Of a stretch of 64,000 nt of DNA, positions 1 to 13,575 are shown in pieces. Under the pieces are notes generated by a model, which saw nothing but the letters and a program-made list of their open reading frames with translations, made no database searches and was not told where the DNA came from. The stretch covers positions 29,450,001 through 29,514,000 of the forward strand of contig CM022679.1 of NCBI GenBank assembly GCA_012295275.1, read 5' to 3'. The position numbers were made by a program, and so were the translations under genes. The DNA is from Chrysomallon squamiferum. Taxonomy: Eukaryota > Animalia > Mollusca. How positions within the stretch are numbered: position 1 is the first letter of the stretch; the number at the start of each line of letters is the position of its first letter.

Positions 1-610
1 AGTTTATGTTTTCATGTAAAGCTACAAGCTACAACAATGAGGTAACTGTGGTCATGAGACAGATACTGTCACACACCTCTCTGTCATTAAGCTGTAAGAT
101 GAATGTAAATAAGCTCAGATCAGGCTGTACACAGACTGCAGAGGTTCATTCTTAATAACTGATTACTGTGTTATGCAAGCAGATGAGTAAATGATTCACT
201 GAAATGTTACCTGGCAGTGAATGGTTTTGTGTCTTATGAACTTATCTGGACGTCAAAACGGTGCATCCTCTCTCTCTGTGTGTGTGTACAGTAACTTGCT
301 GTGTGAGATGGTGTACTGCACTGGTGTCAGTAGCTGACTGCACCTAGCTGTCAGGATCAAATGGTGCAAAGCGTTGTGTTGCTGGACAGAGCAGTGAAAC
401 AAAAACACACCCAGCCAGTGATATACGGCTAATATCTACCGGAGAGAAGGGAGGAGTTTCACAAACAGGTGCAGTGTTACGCTGAGGTTACTCGGTTCAC
501 CGTGTGACTTGCAGAGTAAGTGAACGGTTACAGCAAAATGTACGTGAAGATTCACACAAAGACTTGCTTGCTGCATACTGGTACCTAGTGAAACCCGAGT
601 GTACAAACTC

Positions 611-654
<44 letters not shown>

Positions 655-1503
655 CTGTAATACTCAGCTGAAACTCAAAACAGTTTTTATTTCTATTTTT
701 TATGGGGACTCCACTTTAATATTATCTCAGGAGAAGAGGAACCACGAAAGTTGTATGAACAGGAAGATTCCATTTTAACTTCCGATTTCTAGCTCAGGAT
801 AAAGATGAGTTGTTTGTGTGTGTAGGTGTTTTAGCTATTCAGAAACAGATCAAATGTTTCTTATCAGAAATTCATAATCCTAAACTAGGGCTGGTTTGTG
901 TTCCAAAATCGGAAACATTTCTAAAATCCTGTGAGCCTATCAAGACTCAGTCTTTCTAAGCAGTGAACGCCAGGCAGTGTGCCTGCACTTGACTGCACTG
1001 TAGAAGAGTTGATTTATTGAACATGTTTACTGTAATTAAATCTCCATGTTTACTGCATCAGATGCATGCTAAAAGTCATCCAATTTGAACAGCTAACGTA
1101 AACATGTACATTTTAGTAATTAAAATTCCTGTGCACTGAAAATCAACATCAATAAAGCAAACTTCGCTAATAATAAAGTATGACGATTAAATTTAGCCTC
1201 TCCAGTTCTTCTTACTCTGTTACCCAGTATTTTAAAATAGATAAACTGAAACGATAACAATCAGGAGTGAAAGTGATAAGAATATGTACAGAATGTTTTG
1301 GATTAGATAAATTAGTTTATGTCATTTGTACAGTTAGAAAATGATTTTTTTCGTAATCTCTTTTCTCTTAGAAGAAATAAAAATGCAAAATTTGTAAATA
1401 ATATTTTTTCTATTTTCCCTCCCTCTCTCTGTTTTTTTCTCCTTTTTTTTTCTACCTGTATGTTGTTTATCGTTGTTCCACCTCTGTCTCCTTGAATCAT
1501 TCT

Positions 1504-1614
<111 letters not shown>

Positions 1615-3398
1615 CATTATCTCATTCTCACTTTGTTTCTGTCTCTTTCTGTTTCTCTGATATTTTCCAGTTTCACTTTGCACACAAAACATTTAATGTT
1701 AAAAAATAAAAAATGAAGAACTGCAATGAAGAGATAAAATAATTATCCAGAACGGTGAATGTAAACTCAAACAAATAAAAATACCAAAGCTGTTCTTCAG
1801 GTGATTAAAAATGTCAGTGTAACATTTTATCTCCAAGGTTAATTTTCTTAATAAAATACTTTCTTTCTTTCCCCCCCCACACACACACTAAAATACTTTC
1901 TTATATATAGTCAAAGAGTCAGGGAAATACTAATAATGCTATTAGCTTAATTATCTTCCAGATTTATGGGTAGGAAAGGAGAATAAAGAAAGAGTGGATT
2001 ATGGCTCACAAGATCTCACTGCATTTTCCCACTCCAACCAAAGTCCCCAAAATGCATCTAAGATTGCGCTGTATATTTGAAAGGTTAAAATAAAATAAAA
2101 TAAAATAAAATAAAATAAAATAAAATGAAATAAAATAATATTAAATTAAATTAAAACAAACAAATAAAATGAAATAAGAAAACAAGTAAAAATAATACAA
2201 AATAAATAAAATAGAAAAAAATAAAAATAAAGAAAGAAATAATATAAGAATTTTCTGTGCTACTTTGGCATGTGATCTACAGCCAAAAAAAAAAAAAAAA
2301 AAAAAAGGAAATCATTTATTAAAAAAGTTTTTATCAAAATGCTATGAGTGAAAGTATTTAGCATAATTAATTTTACAAATAATCAGGACAGTTCACAATA
2401 TTGATTTATTTATTTACTATGCAGATTTTTTGAGTTTTGGAAACATAACTGAGAAAACTTCGTTATAAATTATTGTCTAATTCATTTAACACCAAATTGA
2501 GGATGACGTAGTTGCAGTTATGTTTGTCTTTCCAGTCACACTTTCATTGTTTCTGTTAGCTGTAGAGGAAGAAGAATGCTGAATATCTTTTTCTTGTGTT
2601 TCTAGCACAGATGTTTGCTCAATTCATTTACAAAATTATTCAAATTTGTATACTTTTTAGCCCTTGTTCCTATAAATTATAAACATATAACAAAAGGAAA
2701 ATTTGTTTAATTTATGACATGATAAATAGTAATAAAAAACCCCAAGAATAAACAAAATAATAATTAAAATAAGCACATAGATCACAAAGTAGAATTTACT
2801 TGGTGTAGATCACTAGATCAAGTAGATCACATTCATGAAAATTAACAAACAGGTATCTCTATTAAGTATCTAAAATGGAAAACAATCTTGTGGGTGCACC
2901 AGGAAGAATTGATCCTGCTATCAACAGCAGGCTGAAGTCAGCTCTCTGACCCATTAGCCAGACTCCCCCAGTGCTAACACACAGTAACTGTCTGTTTGTC
3001 TGACTGTCTGTCTGACTATCTGTCTGACTAAACAGTCTGGTGCAGGACACAACAGGTCAACACACAGAGGCAGAAATGTTGATAAAATCTGGCAGCTGAA
3101 ATGATGACAGGCAGCTGTGTGTTGATGGTAAATAAAGTAAATCAAGTGTAATAGCTGACAATTTTCCATGTGGGCTATTTGTAGTATGTCTGTGTTGTGT
3201 AATAACTTAGCTGTATGTTATATAGAAACCGTCAGCATTTTTTTTTTTTTTTAACTGTCTTTTATACTTTATCACTTTTTGTTACTTTCTAATTTTATTT
3301 TTCATTCTTTCTTTTACAGTATATTTCTGTATACACTCTGCATATTTCTCTCTTTTATTCTCTGTCTTGCTGTCACTCACTTTCTCCTTCACCCTTAA

Positions 3399-3505
<107 letters not shown>

Positions 3506-3719
3506 AGCATGTGTTTAATTTGTTGATTACACATTGTAAAATAAAAAATATTGCTCAGGCTGCTAAATCAAACGTAACAGCTGATAAGATTCTGCACATT
3601 TCACACAGAGATCAGGAGAGTCTAATTACAGAGTATTTATGATGTAACTCAAACATATTTCATTTTGAAACTGTGTTATCAGCACTGAATCAATCAATCT
3701 CTCTCTCTCTCTCTTGCTT

Positions 3720-3799
<80 letters not shown>

Positions 3800-3860
3800 A
3801 ATGAGTTAGACATAACAGAAAGACAGACAGTTAGACAGACATAAATCCAGTAACACTAAC

Positions 3861-4068
3861 CTAGCGCTGTAAGACCAAGACCTCCACACATTGTAGGTAT
3901 CACTCCAGCTTCACCATTGATGTTGCTCATGTTGCTGCTGCTGCTGCTGCTGCTGTTGTTGTTGTTGTTTGTTGAGATTATTTTCTCTTCCTTCTCTAGT
4001 CCCAGCAGTAGCAGTCGTGCCAGGTACATGTTGGAAGCGTTGCGTTCAATACTTTTAACAATCACAGA
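3861..4068 (-). CDS. BicC: Bicaudal-C homolog, exon 11 (end of KH region, start of low-complexity linker); gene continues beyond the window
   Basis: tttcag| ... G|gttagt; 208 bp, phase 0->1. Encodes SVIVKSIERNASNMYLARLLLLGLE...NNNNNSSSSSSS...GLGLTAL. No SAM-domain exons found in 1-3860. Confidence 0.92.
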
Positions 4069-5373
4069 CTGAAAAATACAGAGTTAAAATATGACGTATC
4101 TATTTGTATTGTATATATATATATATATATAGATGGGTGGATGTATCTGTGTGTGTACTTATATATATGTATTATATGTAACTGTTTGATACAAACACAG
4201 GATGACTCAGAAAGTCTATTAATATAACTGTCAATCATTCTTAAGTCACTTTCTTTATTTATAACCAGTTATAAACTTTCTTCTACTCACTCAAGTTTCT
4301 AAGTAGAAATAAATTGAAAATTATCATAGTCAAAAGATTTAAAAAACAGTAAATAAACACAGAATGTCCAGGATAAAATACACTCTGAACTGTTTCTACC
4401 AAAACTAGTTGGTTTACAGAGAAAGCATAAATCAGGTTGCTGATGCTGAACAGTTGAATACTATTTTTTCTGTGAGTGGCTACTGTTGATCAGTTTGATG
4501 TATTTCGGTACTGCTGTGTTTGTCTTTTCATATTTCTTTGGAACAGAAGAATATTATCAACTATTTACAAACTGCGGGATTTTACTATTTAACTCAGATG
4601 TTTTCTACATGTAAATCAATGATTTCATTATGTTGCAGTTGATATACATTTAACAGAAGTATAATATGTCTTGTACATGTTTACATACATACTAAACTCA
4701 CACACACACACACACACACACCTTTATACACTCATATATACTTTCATGCATATATCAATACATATACAGATTTACAAACACATACATCCATACATTTATA
4801 CACATTTATACAACCCTGAAATCTAAACATAATAAATATAAAGAAATGAAAGAAGATTTTCCTTCTTTTTTTTTTTTTCTTTTTTTTTTCAAATTTTAAA
4901 ATATTAAAAAATTAAAAAAAACTGTTGCTTGAAATGAATTTCAGTTCAGAAAGCGGACACAAACAGAGTCTATTCTAAGTTTAAACAGAAAAATATATAA
5001 TTAACATTCCTTTACCTATAAACACATTAAAAAACACACATAAACCTTAATGCATAACAGTTCTTCATAAACAAGAACCATTGTTCTTCCCCAGATTTCA
5101 TTTTAACGAGATTTCATATCCGATAAAAAGAATAAAAACACTTTTCTTTTTAATATCAGGAATTCCTGGAAACTGTCCAATTTGTTTTGAGAAGAGCTAG
5201 GGTTTTGTGCTGGTAGAAATTAAATAAAGTTTTAGTTAAATGAAAGTGCAGAGGTACTGGATTCACACTGGGGGGGGGGAGTGTCGTAATGACTGCTTGA
5301 CTTTGTAGAGGAATGCCTGATCTGAAACCAGCCATACACATCAGTGACCCAAACACACAGTACAAAAGACAGG

Positions 5374-5534
5374 CACACAAACCAGAATCCCAGATACACA
5401 AACCAGAATCCCAGACACACAAACCAAAATCCCAAGCACAGAAACCAGAATCCCAGATACACAAACCAGAATCCCAGACAAACAAACCAAAATCCCAAGG
5501 ACAGAAACCAGAATCCCAGACAAACAAACCAGAA
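5374..5534. repeat. 21-bp minisatellite, ~7 copies
   Basis: Unit AAACCAGAATCCCAGATACAC with variants. Confidence 0.9.
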
Positions 5535-6119
5535 TACTGACAATTTAAAAAAAAAAAAAAAAAAAAAAATTACAAAAGACATAAAACAACATTAAACCCT
5601 TTTCCAAAGGAGAATATAAAAATAAACTAAAGAGTGATATCAAGATGACACCTATAGTTTTTACAAGACTGTAAAATCATTTTTATAATTTTTATTTTTC
5701 AAAAGAAATATTTCACATAAAATTATTAAAGACACAGTGATTTAAAACACCTTAATGCTAACCCACATATCTACTTGAACTCAATTAATAAAATTTTACT
5801 GAACCTCAGAACTGGCTGATAAGTGTTTATAAATTATTGGCTGAATCACTCTAATGAAGGCAAGTATTTAATTTGCTTGTTACAGCCGAAGCTAAGGAGT
5901 TTTTGAAAATCACAGTAAAACAGCTAAACTGTGGGTTATGTGGACATAGTGTTTACTACCCTTTAGAAAAGAAAAAAACAAAAATTTTATGAATTTGAAT
6001 CTTGTTTCATTATCAAGCTGGATTTAAATATTTATTTTTTTAAAATGCCATTTAAATTCTTAAACAAAAAAAATTACAAAAAGAATTTAACTTTACAAGA
6101 ATAATAAATTTTAAAACAG

Positions 6120-6150
<31 letters not shown>

Positions 6151-6460
6151 TTCTGTTTCAATATATCTTATTTAAGAATATTTATAAATTTATTATGCCA
6201 TTAAACATCTGTACCCCATTAAAATATTTATCAACCCTGATATTTATCAACCAGATGTTATTTATATAAAACAATAACAAAAACTTTTTTTTTTTTTTTT
6301 TTTTTTCAAGAAATAAACTGTTTCAGCATTATGTTGTGAGGTACATACGATACGACTCTGTATCTCACACAGCACCGTAAAACAAAGATAAAATATTCTC
6401 AGATCAAGCCTATCAAATAAAAATGTTTTAGCGCATTCAAGACGTATGGGTATTGGCACG

Positions 6461-6518
<58 letters not shown>

Positions 6519-7381
6519 TGTTACAGAATGTTTGATGTATGCACAGATATAAATTAAAGATAAAGGTTAGCATGTTAGTGTGTTTGCTGATAGCAGCTTT
6601 GTGGAATCTTTCTTTTTTCTTCTGCACAAAACAGGGATGTAAAAATTCAAAGATTTTATAATCTCCCTGGCATACATTTCATGGCACATGTCAAAATTTA
6701 ATTTTTTAAATTTTGTTTAAAATAAAATTCTACAATGGAAAATTTAAAGATTATATATATATATATATTTATAAAAAAAACTTTTAAATTTTTTTCTATT
6801 TTTTTTTTAAAATGATTAATTAAATTAATATAATTTTTTTTTTTAGTTCTTACTGAAGCAGGTGCAATAGTTAAACATCAACAACAACAACAACAATAAC
6901 AAATGAATAAATAAATAATAAATAGTTATAACAATTAATAATAATAATGAAAATAACAACAATAATACAACAACAACCACAACAGTAAATATATTTCCAA
7001 CTCTTTAATTAAAACACTGGCTATGAACTGCTATTTACAGAAACCATTGACTATAAAATCTATCACATATGAAGCTATAATACTTAATTAAAACAATTTT
7101 CATTTTTTAAATTTTTTTTATGGCCAGCACTTTAACATTATCTCATGAGAAGAGGAAGCATAAACTTACAGAAACAGGAAGATTTAAGGATAAAGATCAC
7201 TTCCAGTACAGATGTATTTATAAATGGATAACTTTATATATAGAATGTATATTATTATATATGGGATTATTTAAATACATACATACATACACCAGATGTA
7301 TTTATAAATATGATGTATAGTATATTATGTATGTGTGTATATATATATATATATATATGTATGGGATGCATATCGCACACA

Positions 7382-7419
<38 letters not shown>

Positions 7420-8283
7420 CAGACACACACACACATACACACACATGCTAAAATTTGCCTTCCCTCAGATTATTTAATTAAAAAACATTTTCAAACCAGG
7501 TTTTAGATGAGGTACAATTCTCTGTATTACCAAACATTTGTTGGGTACATTATTAACATTGATGCTACGTGAATTTGATGTCCAAGTACAGCAGTCCTGG
7601 GATTAGCTGTTCAACATTTATTATTTAAATCCTTATTAAAATAATCTGTCATAATCCCTTAAGTCATCTTTCTCAAATAATAATAATAAAATAAAAATAA
7701 TAATACTAATCCAAATAATAATAGTAACAGTAATGGTAGTAGCAGTAGTAGTAGCAGCAGTAGTAGTTGTAGTTGTAGTAGAAGTAGCAGTAGTAGTATT
7801 AGAGGTTGTTTTAATGGTTATTTCGGTGGTAATAGTAGCAATAATGGCAGGAACACAATTGTAAAATCAACCTTTCTATAACAGACATATCAACTTTTCC
7901 AAAGAGACCAAACAGAAATTTTCATTTCCATAAAATGTTAAGCTTTAATGTTAACCTTGATAAAGATAACACAGGAAACACAGAACAGTCACTGATATGA
8001 GCAGTGACAGAAGGAGTTTAATGAGAAATTATAGAGCATTGTTTTATTTTATCTTACAAGTTAAGTGGTAGGATATCTTGTTAACTCACACCCTGGCAGG
8101 CATTAAACATGTTAAATACTCAACTTCATTTGTAAACACACACACATACACACAGCCACACACAGCCACATGTATATACATATATACACACACACAAACA
8201 TGTATATATATAAACAGACATACAGATAAACAAAGACAAATGTAAAATGCAATTGTTTACACTCTACAGATACATAACACACA

Positions 8284-8359
<76 letters not shown>

Positions 8360-8423
8360 AATAATCTGATGATTTTATAAATACATACATATAGGTGAAT
8401 GTGCACATTTCAGAATGACTCAC

Positions 8424-8497
8424 CTTGCTTGTTTGTTTTGGTTTTGGTTTAACACTGATATACACATCCAGCTGCTCAGTGAGTTGCTGCACTCGAC
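8424..8497 (-). CDS. BicC: Bicaudal-C homolog, exon 10 (KH-like 2)
   Basis: taccag| ... AAG|gtgagt; 74 bp, phase 1->0. Encodes (S)RVQQLTEQLDVYISVKPKPKQTSK. Confidence 0.93.
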
Positions 8498-8644
8498 CTG
8501 GTAACACAACGTCACACTTTGTTAAACATTGTTAATTACAGTGTACAACTGTGTTAAACACTGCTTTATTAATAATAAATCAACAAACAAATAAATAAAT
8601 AAATAAGTAAATAAATAAATAAATAAATAAATAATAAATAAATA

Positions 8645-8675
<31 letters not shown>

Positions 8676-9000
8676 AAATTAGAAAATATCAGTTATTTTC
8701 AAAATAATATTTTAACACAAAAATGCAATCAACAGAAAAGTAAAATAATAATAATAATACTCCAAATAATAATGTATATAATCTAGAAAAGTTGCACTAA
8801 TTGAATTACATTTTTTTTTTTTTAAATAAATAAATGAAATGGGGACATTTTAAATAGAAGAAAAAGCAAACAGAAAGGGAACATTTACAAAACAAAACTT
8901 GAATAAAACAGTTATATAAAGGTAAAATTGAGAATTAATTTTAATAAATATAAATAGCTGGTTCATCATTTAAAAATATATTAAATTAAAAAAAATATAA

Positions 9001-9188
9001 CATGATTTCTGTATGTCAGCAGAACAAATTGGAACGTTTGAGATAAAATTTTGTGGAATGTGAAACTGAAACTTGGAAAAACAGAAATAAAAGATAATTC
9101 TATCAGACAGCCTGAGGGAATTTCTTGTTTTAACACAACTTTAAATAAACTGTTACAATATCTTATTACAGCCCTCTCATATTATGAG
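9001..9188 (+). repeat. Inverted repeat arm 1 (BicC intron 9)
   Basis: Reverse complement of 15621-15808; 129 bp (9037-9165) identical. Confidence 0.92.
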
Positions 9189-9287
9189 AGAAAAACCCCA
9201 AAACAATTATTACTATTAGCTGTAGCAGTTGAAGTGATTGCAGTAGTAGTTTAAGGAAATCTTGCAATTGTTGTTAATGTGTTATAT

Positions 9288-9332
<45 letters not shown>

Positions 9333-10102
9333 TATATATATATATATAATAATATATATATATATATAAATACATGTATGCTTAATGTGAAACTAAGGGA
9401 GAAAGAAAAGAAGAAATAAGAGAAATTAGAGAGAGAGAAGAAAGATAACAGTGAGACATTTACAGTTTAACTGACAAAACTAAATATATTTATGTTCTCT
9501 TAAGTCTTCTTTTTTGCAACTTTTTTTTTGTTTATTTATTTCTTCCTTTATTCTTCTTTCCCTAATTTTTTTTCCCCCAGAGATATTTTTTTTTTCTCTG
9601 AGAAAAATATCTTTACAGGTAACATAACACTGTGAAACTTTGTTTTAAGAAAGAAATGTGATCTTACAAAAACACTGTTCTACTTTGTTGCAAAAACAAA
9701 ATGAATACAGAAACATTATATTGTTGCAATAAAAATAACAAATAATATAAAAGTACATACATACTTAAACCTACAAAATTTAATACTTTGTAAACACTAA
9801 ACAAAACAGAAAAAAAATAATAAACAAAAAACCCAACAAAAGATAATGATTAGAAAAAGGAAAGAAAAAGAAAAAGAAAAAAGAAGCTAAAATTCTACAA
9901 CTTTGTTATCAATGTTGGAGAAGAATTATTTTTTTTTTTTTTTTTTTCCCAGTAAGAACTTTTCTTTACCACTTAAAAAAAATCCTTCAAAGTTATGAGA
10001 TCTAAAGATATGCATATTTCTTTTGTTCATCAAACTGTCGGGGGGGGGGGGGTCTATTAGAAAATTTAAAACTTGAAACAAAAGAAGAGGAAAACAAAAA
10101 GT

Positions 10103-10570
10103 ACACACTGGTCTGATATACAGATATCTACAAACTGGTCTGATATACAGATATCTACACACTGGTCTGATATACAAATATCTACACACTGGTCTGATAT
10201 ACAGATATCTACACACTGGTCTGATATACAAATATCTACACACTGGTCTGATATACAAATATCTACACACTGGTCTGATACACAGATATCTACACACTGG
10301 TCTGATATACAGATATCTACACACTGGTCTGATACACAGATATCTACACACTTGTCTGATATACAAATATCTACACACTGGTCTGATATACAAATATCTA
10401 CACACTGGTCTGATATACAGATATCTACACACTGGTCTGATATACAAATATCTACACACTGGTCTGATATACAGATATCTACAGACCAGTCTGATATACA
10501 GATATCTACAGACTGGTCTGATATACAAATATCTACAGACTGGTCTGATATACAAATATCTACAGACTGG
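10103..10570. repeat. 27-bp minisatellite, ~17 copies
   Basis: Unit ACACACTGGTCTGATATACAGATATCT, contiguous with no spacers. Confidence 0.95.
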
Positions 10571-10687
10571 CATTGTTGTAAAATTATACCTCAGTGAAAC
10601 ATAACAAAACTTACAGAATTCAGTGGGTTATTTTTTACTGTGCTCTGTGCAATAACTAACAATTAGAAATGCATAATGTACACATAC

Positions 10688-10745
10688 TTTGATCCAAGTC
10701 AGTATCATCTTTGACATCGAACATCAAAACAAGGGGCAGGCAACC
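10688..10745 (-). CDS. BicC: Bicaudal-C homolog, exon 9
   Basis: tttcag| ... A|gtatgt; 58 bp, phase 0->1. Encodes GCLPLVLMFDVKDDTDLDQ. Confidence 0.93.
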
Positions 10746-10936
10746 CTGAAATGGAAGTTATTCACACAACTTCAACAAACAATAAAAGAATGATAACAAA
10801 TAAATTTTAAAAAATGTGTTTATGTGTGCATGTATAAACATTTAAATTTTTATCATTAACGTTATCATCATTATTGACAGAATACAACAAAATGCTATTT
10901 GAAAAAATGTTTAAAAATGTTTTTGTTTTAACTTAC

Positions 10937-11149
10937 AATGAGCTGTTGTCGTGCAAGAAAAACACTTTCTATGTTTCCTGTAATGTACACAGTTCCTTTT
11001 CGGTGTGGGGTTGCAGTGTTGGGGTCAGGGAAGTGTATACTCGCACACGTGCGCTGCATTATCTGTTTGATGTTCACGCCCCCACGCCCGATGATAAACA
11101 AGTGATGCTGGGGGGCTATCTCCAATTGCATGCTGACGAGCAGGTTACA
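10937..11149 (-). CDS. BicC: Bicaudal-C homolog, exon 8 (KH3)
   Basis: ttccag| ... ATT|gtaagt; 213 bp, phase 0. Encodes CNLLVSMQLEIAPQHHLFIIGRGGVNIKQIMQRTCASIHFPDP...ESVFLARQQLI, with an intact GxxG loop. Confidence 0.95.
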
Positions 11150-11690
11150 CTGGAAACAATGTGCAACATAGTAATCTTTTATTATTTTTTATATTATTAA
11201 TATAGATAAATGTATTAACAAGTGATACTTGTATTAATAAGTAATACTTGTATTAACAAGTTATACTTGTATTAATAACAATTATATGTACTAATTAGCA
11301 AGTTACACTTGCAAATAAGAATTATAAAGTACTAATTTGAAAGTTACACTGAAAAATATTTTTAATGTTAAATTATGTAGAATGTGTAAACAATATTTTG
11401 AATGGAACGTTGAGTGTTATATATTAAGAAATCACACAATGCTTAATATGTTCCTCTTATTATAAACTATTATTATTATTATTATTGTTTTTATTATTAT
11501 TATTATTATTATAAACTATTATTATCATTATTGATATATTATCATCATCATTATTATTATCATTATCATTATCATTAATTATTCTTGTTATTATCATTAT
11601 TATTAGTATCTTTATTATTATTATAATTATCATTGTGCTGTTGGTATTGATACACTGTTGCTGTTATAGTAGTTGTTGTAGGACTCTTAC

Positions 11691-11924
11691 ATTTCCTGTA
11701 ATCTGCTCCATCAGCTTGGCCGTGGCGTCTTTCACGGCTTTGGCATTGTTGACCGAGCCCCGCACTATCACCGTGGTGACGTACATCCTTGGCCGCTGCT
11801 TGAATGTGATCGTCACGTTGTACAGTTGCTGCAGCGTCTGCACCGCAGGGGATGAGCTGTCGGGAACTGGCTGAAGTAGGCCTGTCATGGGCAACTCAAA
11901 CATGAACACAAGAGGAAGAAGATC
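11691..11924 (-). CDS. BicC: Bicaudal-C homolog, exon 7 (KH-like 1)
   Basis: atacag| ... AAT|gtaaga; 234 bp, phase 0. Encodes DLLPLVFMFELPMTGLLQPVPDSSSP...FKQRPRMYVTTVIVRGSVNNAKAVKDATAKLMEQITGN. Confidence 0.95.
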
Positions 11925-12230
11925 CTGTATAAAAAAAAAAAAAAAAAAAAAAAAAATGTGTAAGTTTGATTTTGCAGTCATTGGCAAGAATGAAAAAAAG
12001 CACTGGATTGTTTTAGGAAGATAAGAAGGAGAAGAAAGAAAGAAAGATGAATGAATGAATGGATACTTGTTTTAAACCTTTTACACATTAACGGTTATGT
12101 GGATGGTTTGAAAAATTAAGAAAATTTATTAAAAGAAAGAAAAAAGACTTAAGATTCGTTAAAGTGACTTAAATAAACTGAGAATTTAACTAAAATTTTA
12201 CAAATTAAAACTAATACAACTGACACTGAC

Positions 12231-12284
12231 CCTGATTTGTGACCTTGCACTTTCGACCCCTGCTTGCTGTCCAGCAATGGACAC
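12231..12284 (-). CDS. BicC: Bicaudal-C homolog, exon 6
   Basis: ttacag| ... |gtcagt; 54 bp, phase 0->0. Encodes VSIAGQQAGVESARSQIR (BICC1 VSIAGQPAGVESARVRIR). Confidence 0.94.
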
Positions 12285-12949
12285 CTGTAAAAAAACAAAT
12301 AACTGTGTATTACAGTCACTAATTACAGGTGTAACTAACAGGCATTCAAATATTTATATGAAAATTAACAATATTAACATAAAAGTTGACTTTTGTCAGA
12401 AAAACATTTTCACAAATAATTTTTTTGAAGCAACAAAAGTAACAATAATAAACTGAAAAAATAAAAAAAGATTATAATAATAGTACAAAATTGTTTAAAA
12501 ATTAAAAAAAATAAATAAATAAATAAATAAAATAAATTAAAAAAATAAAAATATAAATGTGTCTTTTAATGGCATTGTAAATAGTCTAAAACTCATATAA
12601 TTTCATACTGATTACAGTCTTCAAGTACAATGATTATGATTTTTAATCAGATATATTTATTAATTAATTATTAAACAATACTGTTATTATTATTATTGTT
12701 GTTAAATAAAAACTGCACCACAACTCTGAAGATGAGCTTGTTTGTCCATTTCTTATTTATTTATGTTGTTGTTTTTCTTATTTTTATTCTTATTATTCTT
12801 ATTATTGTTATCTTTTATCATTATTATTCATCTTATTATTATTATTATCATTATCATTATTATTATTGTTATTATTATTATTTTATTATTGTTATTGTTA
12901 TTATTTTGTTATTATTATTATTGTTATTGTTACTGTTATTATTATTAGT

Positions 12950-13295
12950 GTAACTGTCACTGTATTAGTGTTATATTGTTATTGTTATTAGTGTTACTGT
13001 GTGATTGTGTAACTGTGTCACTGTGTTATTAGTGTTACTGTGTCACTGTGTTACTAGTGTTACTGTGTTATTAGTGTTACTGTGTTACTAGTGTAACTGT
13101 GTTACTATGTCACTATGTTACTGTGTTATTAGTGTTACTGTGTTACTGTGTTACTAGTGTAACTGTGTTATTAGTGTTACTGTGTTACTAGTGTAACTGT
13201 GTTACTATGTCACTATGTTACTAGTGTCACTGTGTAACTGTGTCACTGTGTTATTAGTGTTACTAGTGTCACTGTGTCACTGTGTCACTGTGTGT
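12950..13295. repeat. Degenerate 8-9-bp satellite abutting BicC exon 5
   Basis: ACTGTGTT / ACTAGTGTT / ACTGTGTC repeats. Confidence 0.85.
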
Positions 13296-13299
13296 CTAC

Positions 13300-13432
13300 C
13301 TGGTTGCTCTTCTCCTGCACGTTGCTGCCTCTGTTGGAATAACAGGATGTGGCAGCATCAACGCTTGATGTTGTTAACTCCAGCCAATCAACAACATATA
13401 CACACATCCATCTTCAGTGTCAACAACGTACT
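13300..13432 (-). CDS. BicC: Bicaudal-C homolog, exon 5 (KH2), disrupted by indels and stops as given
   Basis: ttattcag| ... CAG|gtagac. The pieces TLKMDV, IG, NNIKR, CHI and SNRGSNVQEKSNQ are recognisable but not all in one frame. 133 bp (not a multiple of 3) versus about 160 expected, with an in-frame TGA after 14 codons. Confidence 0.8.
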
Positions 13433-13440
13433 CTGAATAA

Positions 13441-13575
13441 CAGCAACAACAACATATACAACAACTACAACAACAACAATGTATACAACAACAACGTATA
13501 CAACAACTACAGCAACAACAACGTATACAACCACTACAACAACAATGTATACAACAACTACAACATCAACAACAG
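13441..13575. repeat. Imperfect (CAA)n microsatellite abutting the exon 5 acceptor
   Basis: caacaac runs interrupted by tata and gtata. Confidence 0.85.

Noticed and set aside
5156-5595. Overlapping repetitive ORFs on both strands
   Set aside because: All derive from a stop-free 21-bp minisatellite.
9051-9254. Duplicated small ORF MWNVKLKLGK... (also 15513-15758)
   Set aside because: Non-ATG start and divergent ends; the identity is explained by the inverted repeat.
10103-10570. Regular 27-bp repeats as a CRISPR array (likewise 17884-18317 and 63628-64000)
   Set aside because: Units are contiguous with no unique spacers, there are no cas genes, and the context is a spliceosomal eukaryotic intron.
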